The position numbers were made by a program, and so were the translations under genes. Below the pieces are notes generated by a model, which did not search any database, was not told where the DNA came from, and saw only the letters and a program-made list of their open reading frames with translations. A DNA stretch of 63,815 bases, filler included, from Phoronis australis (lineage: Eukaryota; Animalia; Phoronida): assembly GCA_002633005.1 (NCBI GenBank). It is 10 parts of 10 records of this genome, joined end to end, with 100 filler letters (N's around TTAATTAATTAA, not from the genome) between each part and the next. Parts side by side here need not be neighbours in the genome. Positions count along the whole stretch, not along the records: positions 44,916 to 62,627 come from NMRA01000361.1; 9 more parts are not named here. One strand, given 5' to 3'. Position 1 is the stretch's first letter, and the number at the start of each line of letters is the position of its first letter. Of this stretch, positions 48,958 through 62,576 are shown in pieces.

Positions 48958-51900
48958 ATGGCGGTCCCTACAAAAAGAGCTTGGAAACTTCGTAAGTCAT
49001 TGATTTATCAATTACGTACAGACATATTTCCTTAATACATCATTCAATTGGAATTTAAAATTGGTCGGACGTAGCGGTCCCTGATTTTAAGAGCCTGTTA
49101 ACTGTTATTCACCTTGCAGTGCAGGCCTTCACGGCTTCAGGCTTTTTGATAAGAATTCCATCCGATCATTTCCATCCCCACTTTTGTGTTTCTGTTATTT
49201 TTTGCTACTATCTGTGAGCCTGTGATGTAGGCTGTCATAGGTCATAGGTCAATTGAAACCATGAAAAATTTGGCCAACCAGAGCGACTCAATATAAGCGA
49301 AAGCTACTTTGCAAAACTGTCATGTGAGTTACTCTTGATTGACTTGACGGAATATTTTTTTGAGTTGTTCTATCTTGGACAAATTGTTTTTAAGGTCGCG
49401 GTTAATGTTTTACAGATACTTTTTACCGCTGAGGTTTATTTAAAAAAGCTTTCATAAACGTAAGAATGGTGACAGGCGACTATTAGCCAACCAGAATTAA
49501 TAATTTACGTAACTCACACAAATGGTTCTCATTGCTTTTCACTGTTAGCACAATGTACTCCACCCCAGACCAGACTGTGACAGCTTCACTTCAATTTAGT
49601 AATAATTGTTCCGATAAGCCTGCGCCAGTGCATAGGAGAATGCATGACTTCCAGGAATGAGTAAAATAAAGGCATTTCTTAACCACCCTTCTACGCGCAA
49701 TTGCTCTTTTGCAAATAGGCCAAAACACAAGGTAGCAGTGATAGACTCTGATTTCATTAGTCTATGCTAAGTATCCAAGTTCTCTGACTTTTTCAGAGGA
49801 GTTTGTTGCTCATTCAGCCAATGTCAATTGTCTGGCCTTCGGTCACAAGTCTGGCAGGGTGCTGGCCACGGGAGGTGAAGACAAGAAGGTCAACATGTGG
49901 GCACTGGGCAAGCCTAACTGTATCATGGTAAGTGTCGCCATGGTAATACCTGCCTGGAAGAGAAATTGAGTGTGTTTTAAGTTACGATTGCAAAAAGCAT
50001 CATTTGCTTTATGTGGAACAGCATATTCAAATGTGAAAGAATTTTATGGAAATCGATTGATTTATGCCTTTTCAACTATTGGTTGAGCTTACATTTAAAT
50101 TATATATCACTTTGGGGGAACTAGTACCAGTAGATAAAAAATGAAGCTATGTAGTTGCTTTTGCTCTTGGGCTTGCTGTTTGTCCATAAAATGCACCCCA
50201 TGGAACCATTTGTGCAGCTCCAGTGCAGATATTGATAATCTCGCAACACAGATATGGAGAATTATTAAAGAATTGTTTCTAGGTTTTCTGTAGTTGAAGC
50301 TGATTTGAACGTAGGGTTTGGTAGCTGTTGAGCATGTGATGGATGTAGGAGAGTCGTGTGTGCAGAGTCTAAAAATCTGTTAGTCGTTTTTCCGATCCTT
50401 TCAAAAGCAATTTCAGTATTCCTAGAACACATACATATGAGAAGTTCCCAGTGAAACCAATTTTTGATATTCATATTTCAGAGTATTTTTTAACATTTTG
50501 GCACCCCTTATACCAGACCTGTATACATACATATTCGTATGAAAATTCGACCTGCATTATTCAAGTATGCATTGACTGCAAAAGATACGGAAGTCAAAAC
50601 AGCTTGGGTGACCCGTATGTTTCTGTGTTAAATGCATAATAGAAATCTTGGAATGGAATAAGATTTTTTTTATTTAAATTTTAAAACATATTTTTGCTTT
50701 GCAACTTTGATCTAAAATTATTTGGAATTAGCTGCAGTGGAGTTGTTTATCAGTTGTCTTTTATTATTTTCATTAACTACAAAATAATTGAATTACAAGG
50801 CCACTTCTATCAACATTCGTTGCCATCCTGATGAAGTCTATCATATTACCAAAACAGCTCTCAAAAACACTTTGATAAGCTTGGCATGAACATGTTTTGT
50901 GGCTATTAGCGTAGACGACTGGTACAAGTCTCGCTAACCAGTTCTGTCCCAGTGAATATATACTGAACTGCACCTATAAACCATGACTGATCATAACCCC
51001 ATGACTGACTTTTCAGAGTTTGTCTGGTCACACGAGTCCAGTGGAAGCTGTCCGGTTTGGAAATGCTGAGGAGCTGGTTGCAGCTGGGTCAATGTCTGGT
51101 GCTCTCAAGATATGGGACTTGGAGGCTGCCAAAAGTAAGGTGTCTTGTAAACTTGTTCTCTATGTGTTACCAGTAACATGGACATGTTGAGTGGAGGGGT
51201 TATGATTGGGATTTAGACTCGTGGTGGGAATTTTGCCAAAACCTTTTAAGTAGAATAAGAGTCTTCCTACATGTCGACATGTGGCGCCGACATGTGGCAT
51301 GTAAGAAAACTAAATTGTTACTTGTACTACATCAGCATGATGATTTATAATGGCAGTTTTAAGTGAAATTGTTAAAATGCCTTAAATTTTATTGAATTAT
51401 TCAATTAGGAACTGGTTCGATTAGCTTGCATTGAAGACTTCTCTAAAGATTGTTCAAAGACTACTCCAAAGATCGTTCAAAGACTTCTCTGAAGAGTGCT
51501 CAAACACTTCTTCAAAGAGTGTTCAATATTTGTGACTGAGTGTGATTAAGGACAGTTTAAACTATGCACTGTTGATTACGTAATGTCTTACATTGTTTAC
51601 AGTTGTGCGCACGCTCACGGGACACAAATCAAACATACGAAGTATAGACTTTCATCCCTATGGTGATTTCTTAGCTTCCGGATCTCTAGATACAAACGTT
51701 AAGGTAAAGTAGGCTGGCTAGTCTATCTTATCACTACCACAGTCAGTACTCATATTTTGCCTCATTGGCATTCCTTGTATTTATGACTAGTGAAAATATG
51801 TAGGGTCACTTATTTTTGGTTATTACTGGAGTCTAGATTGTAATGCTGGCATGGAGACCAGGTTTGGAAATAAAGTCCCAGTGTCTTGATTAATGTTCAA

Positions 51901-54900
51901 TGCTGATCTTAATACTGGATATAAGTAAATGATAAAATGTAAGAAAATATGTTTTATGAATGCAGTGATGAGTTGAGACTGAGATAATTTTATTGAAGGT
52001 AATCTGTTATGTCTCCTTGCATTTTAGTTATGGGATATTCGTAGAAAAGGATGTATATTTACCTACAAGGTAAGTTTGAGATTTTGACTTGATGGGTGAA
52101 TACTGAGGAGTGATGTACCATGGAACAAATACATAATGTAGTTGTATCAATAAGTGCATCTCAATCTATCTTACTTCTCATTTGTTTTCATTGACTATGT
52201 ACTCATTTTTACGGTTGTATGAGATTGCAAATACAGCTCACTAATTTGTTACTGTTATCACCTTAATTGTATTTTAGATAAATGTTAATTACAACTATTT
52301 CATTTTCTTCCACAGTTTAGTTTCAGTCGTGTGCACTATAACCTGTTGTTGCAGGGTCATACAAATGGTGTTAATTACCTCCAATTCAGCCCTGATGGTC
52401 GATGGATAGTGGCAGCGGGAGAAGACTCTACAATAAAGGTAAACCTTTTTCTACTTTGTTATTAAAATTAAAACGCAGACAAGTTCCTCAAGGGACTGCT
52501 GCAGTCTAAGCTTGTTCATCTCTTCTGGCATTGTTTGTTCTTTGGAATATGAACATATTGTTCCCTGTTCAAGTGAGCTGAATGACAGTTTTGATGGTGT
52601 AGTTCATAATATGCAAATGACCGAAAGTTTTGTCATGGGCATTTCTAAATCCAGCGTTATTGAAACCTAATCTTTTTTTGGAAGGTGTAAAATCAGAACC
52701 TTGCAGTACATGGACATTCAATACAATCGTAAAACATCCATCACGATGCAGGTTATGACTATTTTACCAAAAGGGCAACCCCTGCATGTACTAGGGGACA
52801 GCTGGAGGTCAGCTGATCAATAATTCCCTTCACTGGGCCTTTGGCTGTCCCTTACCTCCTGACATTGTGGACGCTGCCTTTTCTTCTGTTTAACAAAATC
52901 ATCATGAACTGTATGAATTTGTACGTTGAAGTGAACTGTTTATAATCCTTGTCAGCTATGGGACCTGACAGCAGGCAAGCAGCTGGCAGACTTAAAGGAT
53001 CACACTGGACCAGTGAACTCGTGTGAGTTCCACCCTAAAGAGTTTCTGTTAGCCACTGGCAGCTCAGACAGAACCATCAAGTTCTGGGACCTTGAAACAA
53101 TGACATGCGTTAGCTCCACTGATGGGGACTCTGGCGCTATCAGGTAAGCACGGTCTGGTCGGGTAGTTCAAGTGGCTATAAAAATTATTTTTATATTCCC
53201 ACCTATGTAAATGTGGGTGTATGTTGCTGGCACCTACCAGATTTTTTGATGGATCTTCTTGAAATTTGTGTTTCCATCATGGTGAGAACAACAGGAACCA
53301 ATTTTTAGACTTATCTGGTTACTACTGTGCCCTCTTGTGGCATTTTTGCAACCACCTCTTCATAGTTCCTTGATGAATTTTCATGATATTTGCATTGTAT
53401 GCTTCTATCAAGGACTTGATGGCACCTGCCCCTTTGGGACAGATCGAGCACGTCCTGTGCTTCATAGTGGCAATTTTACTATTTTGATCACAAAAAACCT
53501 TGAAGGATTGTCATGAAATTTTTGCTGGGGTGTTCCTGTTAAAGATTGCGTCACTTAATATGTTAATTTGTGGATGATGGAATTTTATTGAAATTTCACA
53601 GGTTTGTGTCTATCATGAAGACAAATATACCCTGCCACTATTAATTCAAATATTTCTATGTCTTTCTTTTGGCATATGAGCTTGTTTTGAGGAATGCCTT
53701 GCTTCTGTCGTGTTTTGGATAGATTTACCTATTGCCACACCCCTAGTGGCCATTTAGAATGATGACAACCCCTTGAGTTTTTGGCGTTTGTGATGCACAT
53801 GGTGCCTGTATGAAATTGCTGTCTGACAATATGGTAATTAAATGCTGTTGAGGTATAACCGATCAGAAGCTTTGCAGGTGGCATTTGATAACCAATTGAC
53901 TTCTATTTTCTCATATTTGCCTAATTGAATATCTGCTGTGCTCCTGATGAGGCTTGATACATGGTGACAACATAATTACACGTTTATTTTATTGAAATGT
54001 CTACTAACACTATGTCTCATGCACAAGCTCAGATATTCATTGTAATGAGCTACAGTTTGTTAGTCACTGTCTTTGATTGTGTTGTGTGTGTTTCAGACGT
54101 ATCCTGTTCCACCCCGAGGGGTCATGTATCTATGGAGGGTCACATGACGTGGTCAAAGTGTACGGCTGGGAGCCATCCAGGTGTTTTGACTCTGTAGCAG
54201 TTGGTTGGAACCGAGTAGCAGACATGGCCATAGCACAGACTCAATTGGTCAGTCAATAAAATAGCATATGTATGCGGCCTTAGCATTTCTATCTTAGGTA
54301 TTCATGTGTTGCCCATGTTTTTTTTTAAATTGAGCACATTAAAGCATATTTTACTACATTTTGGCCTTGAAAAGTGTTTCTTTTTCATGACAACATCAAG
54401 GCGACTACTTTTGTTAAGTGTGCGAGTTTAATCAGTTTTAATGAGATATTCCTGTATCTGACGCCAATTTTTTGGTGTCCTGGAGTAACAAGCCACTCTT
54501 CTGTTGTAGTATGGTGCTTCCTTTAGTCAATCCAATGTCAGCGTCTATGTCGTTGACCTCCAACGTATGCAGCCAATCGGAGGTGAGCCTCCTAGTGAGC
54601 CATGTGACATACCAAAGCCTACGCCAGCTCCACTCACTGCAAGGTGTGTTATGTTAAACCCATGACTCATCGTTCGAGTCATTTGACGGTTTTTGTTATG
54701 GAGAAGTGGACGTTTCAAAGCACATGCTTGAAAACTGGACTGCAACACTGTGTGCACCTCATTTCCATGACAACTGATTATGTAACTGATGACCAGTTTA
54801 ATGTACATTGATGAATGGTTGTGAAATGTGAGGAAGTGGTAGTAAACCAGTGCACGTTCTTAAAGGTTTGATCCGAGGAAACAACTAAGTCCAGCAATGT

Positions 54901-57900
54901 TAACCTACAGCAAACCCTCTTCAGTCAATGTGAATGGGCGTGTTCAGTGTGAATGGGCGTGTTCAGTGTGAATGGGCGTGTTCAGTGTGAATGGGCGTGT
55001 TCAGTGACTAGAGGGTGTGTGGCTACTGAGCTACAAAAATGCCAGTATGCTGCAAACCACTTTAGCCACTGCTAGTGATGGTTGGGTTAGTGACACATAT
55101 GTATAACATGAATTTCAAACGAACATTCGAAGTTGAATGGATTCCATGGCTTGGTCAACAAGTGAATCCTGCAGCTTTTTAGTTGTTAATTAACACAAGT
55201 TGAGATTGCAAGGACATGTTTATCATATAGTGAAACTCGTGATCAATGCAGCCACGTTGAGTTGACTTTATTAGTGTGCTGTCTGTGATGTTGTACTCTA
55301 TGTTGTATTTCACAGTGGGAGAAAAACGTTCTCCTCGGAGCGTCCTCAGACCCAATCTACAAAGCAAGCCCCCAAAGAAGAAGAGGAGGAGCCCAGTAAT
55401 CCAACGGAGGACCCTGGTGATGACGCGCAGTCAACGGCCGATGTGAAGGACCCTCAGGAGTACAGGGAAATATTCCAACCCAAGACTAAGCTTGGTATGT
55501 ACTAGACATAGTTTCACTGTCAGTGGGGGTGATGGGATATGCAGGTCCAGTCATGTACTGTGAAGGGTAGTCAGCGCCAGTCCACACTGTAGCATCTCGT
55601 GTATTGCCTTAGGTTTTATGTCATTCAAAGGTGCTACTTCTTAACTGTTGATGTCTGAATTTCAGTCACGTGACCACTTATGTGACTTTGGGTGAAGAAT
55701 GGTCAATCAAATCTGTAGTCAGGTGAAGTAACGTTCTGTGTGTAAAGCAACAGGACTTCCTGCTTATGTTTTATCACTGGTTGAGAGAGAGTGCAACCTC
55801 AGCCAAGCTTCTCCATTTTGATAGTCATGTGACTTGCATTATGACTGATCTTCATACATATGCAGTTGAGAAATTACTCCAAGGGGAAATTTGGAACCCA
55901 TGAAAATAGCTGAGGTGTTCTGTATCCGTTATACCAGCAGTGCGTGACATGAACTGATGAGCCATAAAAGTCTAGTTTTTTGTGTTAAAAAGTCTTTAAT
56001 CCGAGACCTCATTTTTCCAGCTTTTGCTTGTAAGAACTACGCAGCACTCTGAATACTTATATATTACCCATTGATTTATGAAGTTCACTTTCTTCAACTT
56101 TGAACAAACTGCAGGATTTCATCTTTCTTGGTTTCAATTTCCTCTTATTTGGTTTCCAGTTTCCTCTTTTGTGTATCATTAATTTGACTTTATTCCTGCA
56201 AGAACGTTTCTTGCAGTTAAATTTTTTGACTTAAAAAATATTTTTACCACACAAGTCTGTTAATTTATGGAACGATGTGGGAACTGGAAAATTTTACTCT
56301 TTTGTTGTTAGTCATTACAAGCCTTGAAAATAGACAAGCTCAATTTTTTGTTTACCTTGTTGTTTGTCAGTTGGTCACAGCGCCGTTTGGGTTTGGTGGT
56401 GATTTTTGTAGTCTATTTGAAGTTTGTCCCATAGTCCAATACATGATGTATGAGTCTAGCCACTAATTATTTAGCGCAGTCTTAAGTGTTAGCTCTGATA
56501 CGGTGCATGTATTTTATAGCCTCGTCCCCTCCCAAGAAACTGGAACCATTCCCCGCTCCCCCTGAGGATGGTAAGAAACAGAGTGAGTGTTGTGCTAGCA
56601 CTTCGCTAACCTTCCTCTCGTTTGAGGTTTCATTTTTGAGATGTTGTCTTAATGCTATCGTCTCTCTCTCTCTTTTTCTTACCGTAACAGTTCACGTGTA
56701 CTTGTTGACCTTGTCAAGAGATGTGCTACTGGACACCCATTCACTTGTTGAGATGATGAATGTATCGCTGTTGTGTATCTGTTTGGTTTGTGTGATGATA
56801 TGATATTTTTTATTTGCCCACGTATAGATGTGTGGAGGCTTATTGCCATCATCTCTGTCTGGGCTTGCAGTGTCCACTGCCATTCCTAAACCCCTTGCAG
56901 GATCTTAATGAAGCTGGCGATTCATGTTGATAAGTTTTGGTCAGTTGTGACTAATGGTGATTTGCAGATGGGTCCAACTGCTGTTGCGCTGCCTGGTGGT
57001 GATTTTGTTTTTTACATCCACAGCTGTATCTCCTCGACCTTTGAAGAATCTTAGTGAAATTTATCAGATGTGTTCTTGTAAAGCCGGTGCAGAGTGACTA
57101 TGTGTTTCTGCCGGATCCAACTACCACTGTGTCCCTTAGTGGCAATTTTAGATTTGTGCATTTGGCTCTGTATCTTTCTTGATTGATTTCCCTCAAGTTT
57201 AGCAGATAAGTTTCTATTAAAGAGGCAACGATGCCTTTCCATTTTTCGACTGACTCGACATATTCTGTCTCACCTAGTGGTCATTGTTATTATATACAAG
57301 TCTGTTTTTGGCGTCCAACAAACCATTCAAAAGATATTCATGAAAATTGGCAGATGTGGTCCTGCTGAGAAAACCATGGCTGTTGTTCATTACCAAACAA
57401 ATCCGACTGATTTGGTAACCCCCAGTGGCAAATTTGTCTTTTGCATTTACTGCTGTATTTTCTTAACCCTTTGCAAGATCTTTGTGTTCTTCAGCAAGTG
57501 TGTTGCTATGAAGGAAGGAGGCTCCATTTACTGGTGTGCCTTCTAGTGGCAATTTCATTTTTTACTTTTTCATGAAATTAAGCAAATAGGTTTGCATGAA
57601 ATTTGGCAATGTGTTATAGGGGTGGTGATGCCTTCCCATTTTCAGACGGATTGGATGTTTTCTGCGCCATGTAGTAACCATTTTTATGATGCTAAGCTAA
57701 TAAACACTCATAGAAGTGCACCATTTGCAGTGGAGTCATGGTTGCATTTCAGTGCTTAGCGTCGCTGTTGTTTAAAAACTCTCGGAGTAAATAGTTTGGA
57801 ACTTTGAGTAAAATGTGTGTCTTGGCAGTCTGTTCCTCGATATTTGTGTTGTGTCATTTTTTTCATCTTTATTTGAAATATGTCATTCTCGCAACACAGC

Positions 57901-60900
57901 ACAATGGGTTTTGCAATCAAACATCCGCATAGTGAATTAGTGTCCTAGATGTAACATGATGAACAGTCAAAAATGCAGTTCCATCTTTCCCAGAAAGTTG
58001 GATAATCTTAACATTTTCCTGTTTGTTTTGTTTGATCTACTCTAGTGCCAGGTTGCTGTGTCGTATTGCAATATTGGTTGGTTTTGTTTGATTCATGTGC
58101 TGACCTTGTAATAGAGGAGAATTTTACTTGATGGCAAATTTGTGGCGACATGTTTGCTCCATTGAATGTGAAAATCATTAATAAGAATGTTCACTAATAA
58201 TGAGATGAAAGTAGCAGATGATGCATGTGGTCTTGCAAGAAAAGTTTTATCGAAACGTTGTACATTTTAATAAACAGCCACATCTGATGAGAAACTTACT
58301 TTTGGTTGTGTAAACGGAGAATGATCCAGTGGATCACTGACAGTCACAAGCACTCCTGGGAAGGGATTTGATTTTTGGATTAACGATTAAGGAAGGTGGC
58401 ATTTTCCTGGCCCCTTCTGTGTGAATTGATTCTTATCAATGGGTCCCTGTGTGGCTCTCCATCCATCTATTCCCCATACTGTATTGGCGCTATCCGCTCC
58501 CTTCCAGAGCCTGCTCCCACACCGCAGGTGAAGTCTGCTGCCACTGTAGTACCTTCCAGCAGGGACAAGCCAGCTGGTATCACTGCCTCAGACTTCCTGC
58601 CTGTAAGTATAGAGAGCTGGCTTTATGTCGAGCCAACAAATATGGGTTGACAAGTCATTGACTGCTGCTCACACAGTCAGAGATCCTGGATTAATGAGCT
58701 TATATGCCCAAGTCTGTGAATGTTAAAATGATTTGCAGAATTCACTCTGTAATGCTTGTGAGGGAATGCATTCAGCTAAGCATTGGAAGAGTATATCATT
58801 ACAATGTTTGTGTGGTTGTACGTGGGGGATGTAGTGGCCGGTGTAGTGTTGGCATCTTGCTATTGATATTACTGAAGAATATGGTCCTAAAATGTGACAC
58901 TTGTCTTTCATCGTAAGTTGTGTAGAGGGGCACCTGTTGTCTTTGTTAGAAATCATTGTATAAACGCATTCTTGATGTAAAAACGTTGAAGATATTTTCA
59001 ATTGTATTTTGACAGTATCTTCTTATTTGTCTCAGCAAATTATGCGCTGAGGACAACTTCTAGTGTAATCGGTCTGCATTCCTTCCTGTACTATATGTGG
59101 TGTTGCAGAAACAAGCTGCCCCAGCCATTGGACAACAGAAGACTCCACCAATTATGTCTGAGTCTGAGGCATACACGGCCATCACTAAAGGTCATAGCAG
59201 TATGAACTCTGTGTTGAGGAGTAGGCATAATAATCTACAGGATGTCCGCGCATCGTGGACGTCTGGAAATATAAAGGTAATGTCAGCAGCTCGCTACAAT
59301 GTTTTAAAATTGACCGTTCACTTGGTTAGATACCATAGTCTTGCTGTATGTGGGGTGAACCATGGATGTATTTTTAAGTTGTGGCTACAAAGCACTTTTT
59401 CTCCCCTAGATGTCAGCACTTCCTAGCATTTGTTGCACTTGACCTTCTTATGCATCCTCATTGTTCACCACCAGGTGCTTCGACTCGTCACTGCATTGAG
59501 TTTGAATATTGTTATGACGAATTTGGCTTGCGTAAAGTTTGAAAACCTATGCAACGAATTTCAAATATCAGGAGAGTAGTTATTTTTAAGCAAATTACAA
59601 TATTTTGGATTTTTTGTATCGGTTCGGTGCATTTATTCCGAGAATTTGAGCACACAAATTGCCCACAGTACGGGCATGGATTTTCGAACGCGTACATGAA
59701 TTTTGTAATTGCAGTCGAGTTTGAATTTTTTGTTATGGAGACTACTGATTCTTGCCCCTTTTGTGAACACCGTGAAATAGTTGATATGGAATTTTATAAT
59801 GCTCTGTAATAAATAACCAATGACAAAGGTTTTGATCAGCTGCAAGATTCTAATTAATTGTGTTGGTGATGTTTGCTGAGTTGCTGTTGCTTACTCCACT
59901 TACATCATCATTTCAGATTGCACTGGATAAAGCTATTGGAATGAATGACCAAGCTGTGTTGGTAGATTTGCTCAATGTTATGATTCTCAAGTCGTAAGTA
60001 TTGTCGTTTTGCATCGGTTTTACCTCCGCACCGTCACTCAAAGGGATCAGCCATTTCATTCAATCACCTATCTTCATGTGCTCTTATCACGTCTTAGTGC
60101 ATAGAAATATTAAGAACTATGACTGGTAAATGCATGGCTTGTACAGTACAGAGTTGATGTAAATCTAAGAAAATATTTCAGTATTGTTAGATAATGTTTC
60201 TTTTGTCGTTATAAATGAATTACATGGTTTTGTGTAATTGTATTTTGAACCTCTAAACCTTCCTTCCGTGACAAAAACACTTTTTGATTTAGACCACATT
60301 CCGTTATGACATTGGTCTGAGATTGCTTTTTAGTCCAGCTAGAGAGGATTTCAAGTCTTGGAAGGTTGGAAGGAACTCGCAGTTTGTTATTGGTCAAAAC
60401 CAAGCTCTATAAGTGGCTAGTAATGGCGGTTTATTTCATGCATCAGCATCGTCTCGTGGAATAACAAACTGTCCGTTCTTTGCAAGCCCAGAAGTAACTT
60501 GTCTTCTTGTAGGAGTTAGGAGCAAGTTGAGACCAATTTTATAGCAGTAGGTGGTCTAATTAGTCAAAAGATCGCAATGGAATCCAAGTTTATATCCACC
60601 TTAAAACGATTATTCATCATTATATGTTTTCTGTTATGTGTTGCAGAAATTTGTGGAATTTAGATGTTACATCTGTGATTATACCCCAGCTGAAAGGGTT
60701 ATTTAACAGTAAATATGAGAAGTAAGTATTTCTAAGTTAAAACTACTTTTAATTTTGTGATTTTTTGATATTAATATACAGAAGCAATGGACTTTGCTAT
60801 ATTGTAACCATGAATAATTTTGTGTTCATCATGATATTCCTCATTAAACTATATCCAAAACGTAATGTGAGAAGAAATTTACACTTATCAAAATGTGCAT

Positions 60901-62576
60901 GATTAAACATGCAACCAGCTGTACTCTGTTGTTCCAGCTATGTCCAAGTTTCCTGCAGTTGCCTCAAATTGATCTTAAAAAGTTTTGGTCCAGTCATCAA
61001 GACGAACATAGCTGCTCCACCTGGTGTTGGGGTGGATATTTCTAGAGAAGAAAGGTATGTACAAGAAATGTCTTTAAATGAAATTTATTTGCCCTTTTTG
61101 ATATTGCAATTTAAAGAATGCAGTTGTTTAAGGTGATTGTGGTGTTCTTGATGGCATTTTCAAAAAATAATTTAAGAATTCCGAAAAATTCGATTTGCAA
61201 AAAAATTGTTGGTGGATATCTCAAGAAGGGAGCTTTGCATGGTGCACTCTGTTACCGTTACCAAGATTAACTGGAAATCATCAACGACTCGAGGAAACGC
61301 TGTTAAGTTTATTACGTTAGCCTAGTAGTACCCTAAAATTGTGGATTCGAAAATAGTGCATGTACACATTGCCTGTGACTTGATTTGCCGGCTCACGCGG
61401 TGATAATTCAAGATCAGATAACTGAGGTTGTTTGAAGCATTTGGCTTAATAATTCAACATTGCTGACTAAATATAAGTGAAATAGTTTTGAAAATTCCAC
61501 TTGGAAAATCTTGGCACAATATATCAAGAAGGACATTTTACATGTTCTTCTTGTATTGTACCAAGGTGTGTTTGAGATTCTAAAGGTACCAGTCAATTTT
61601 GGCAAAATCGACCTCATTATTAAGGTCACAGTTAGGGTTTGTGCCTGGGATGCACTGGCACTTGTCAGTTTTCACAAGGATTCGACTACCCTGTTGCATG
61701 TTCAAGTTTTTAACAAGGCATTGGTTGCCAAAAATGCTTGACAGATATTTTTATTTGTCCTTGACAGCAGAGGTTTGTGACTGGGATGCGCAAGCATTAG
61801 TTCAGTTCAGCAATACCGTAATGGCCTAATTAGTCTTAAAGCCTAACTTCAACAGAATTTTGTTAGTTTAGATGTATTGGGCTAAAAACATAGTCCTAGC
61901 AAAAACTTAGGAAAGAAAAGAAAATGCGAGTTTAATCATGCAAATGTAAGCTCGTCAAATGATAAGTGAAGCTGCCTTTTCGTGCTATGTTGCGTCACTG
62001 CGAGATCTCTGCACAAACAACAAAAGGCTCAGAACAGAACACCATTGCTTGCGGGTGTTATTTACAGCTGTTTGAATTAAAGGGTGATTCTCGCGGTGAT
62101 GTAGATAAAAGCCAGCCAATTCACCTAACAGTTCATTACATTTGGTAATTTATGGTGCTAGTAGGCTCAGAGCGATGCTCTTAACATACTGTAGGAACCA
62201 AATTTACAAGTGTTACTGTTGAAGATAGGCTTTAATTGCATTACATGAAAGTGATAAACATAACTCCCTAGAAACATTCTGTTTGGGGTGCAGTTGTGAA
62301 CACATTTCAATACTTTGCATTGCTTTTGTTTCTGAAAGGCAGTGTGCTTCATAAAATATGCTACACAGAACGGAAAACAAAAGCAAACTTGTTGTAATTT
62401 CTTTACTCAAAATGTCTAACGTTGCGCAACTTGTATTGTTTAGGTATCGAAAGTGCAGCCTGATATATAACAGTCTAATGGAGGTGCGCAAGACACTGGA
62501 TGGTAAACAGAATACGTCTGGCAAGCTGGGTAGTACCTTCAGAGAGTTGCAGCTACTCATGGGCACGCTAGACTGA
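48958..62576 (+). CDS. KATNB1: Katanin p80 WD40 subunit B1, 625 aa, 17 exons: 48958-48991, 49797-49927, 51017-51134, 51603-51703, 52028-52069, 52355-52438, 52956-53143, 54097-54247, 54510-54643, 55316-55494, 56520-56570, 58508-58602, 59109-59276, 59917-59993, 60647-60721, 60938-61054, 62444-62576
   Basis: [46 protein letters not shown]..., WD40 repeats ([35 protein letters not shown]), a Pro/acidic linker, and the con80 domain ([15 protein letters not shown]...[14 protein letters not shown]). All introns are GT-AG. Exon lengths sum to 1878 nt, in frame. Small linker exons could have been missed. Confidence 0.96.
53188..53915 (+). mobile_element. Helentron/HINE-like repeat in a KATNB1 intron
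   Basis: T-run start with a CCCAC...GTGGG hairpin; recurring (C/T)TGAAATTT and CCCT(C/A)..GTGGC core motifs. Confidence 0.45.
54930..55005. repeat. 19-bp minisatellite, 4 copies
   Basis: GTGAATGGGCGTGTTCAGT repeated four times. Confidence 0.92.
56805..57772 (+). mobile_element. Helentron/HINE-like repeat in a KATNB1 intron
   Basis: T-run start, CCCAC...GTGG hairpin, and degenerate internal repeats carrying TAGTGGCAATTT and CATGAAA(A/T)TTGGC. 5' part matches 38438. Confidence 0.5.

Noticed and set aside
53940-58300. CTGATGA occurrences as possible hammerhead ribozyme cores
   Set aside because: I found no properly spaced GAAA with supporting stems I-III around these sites.
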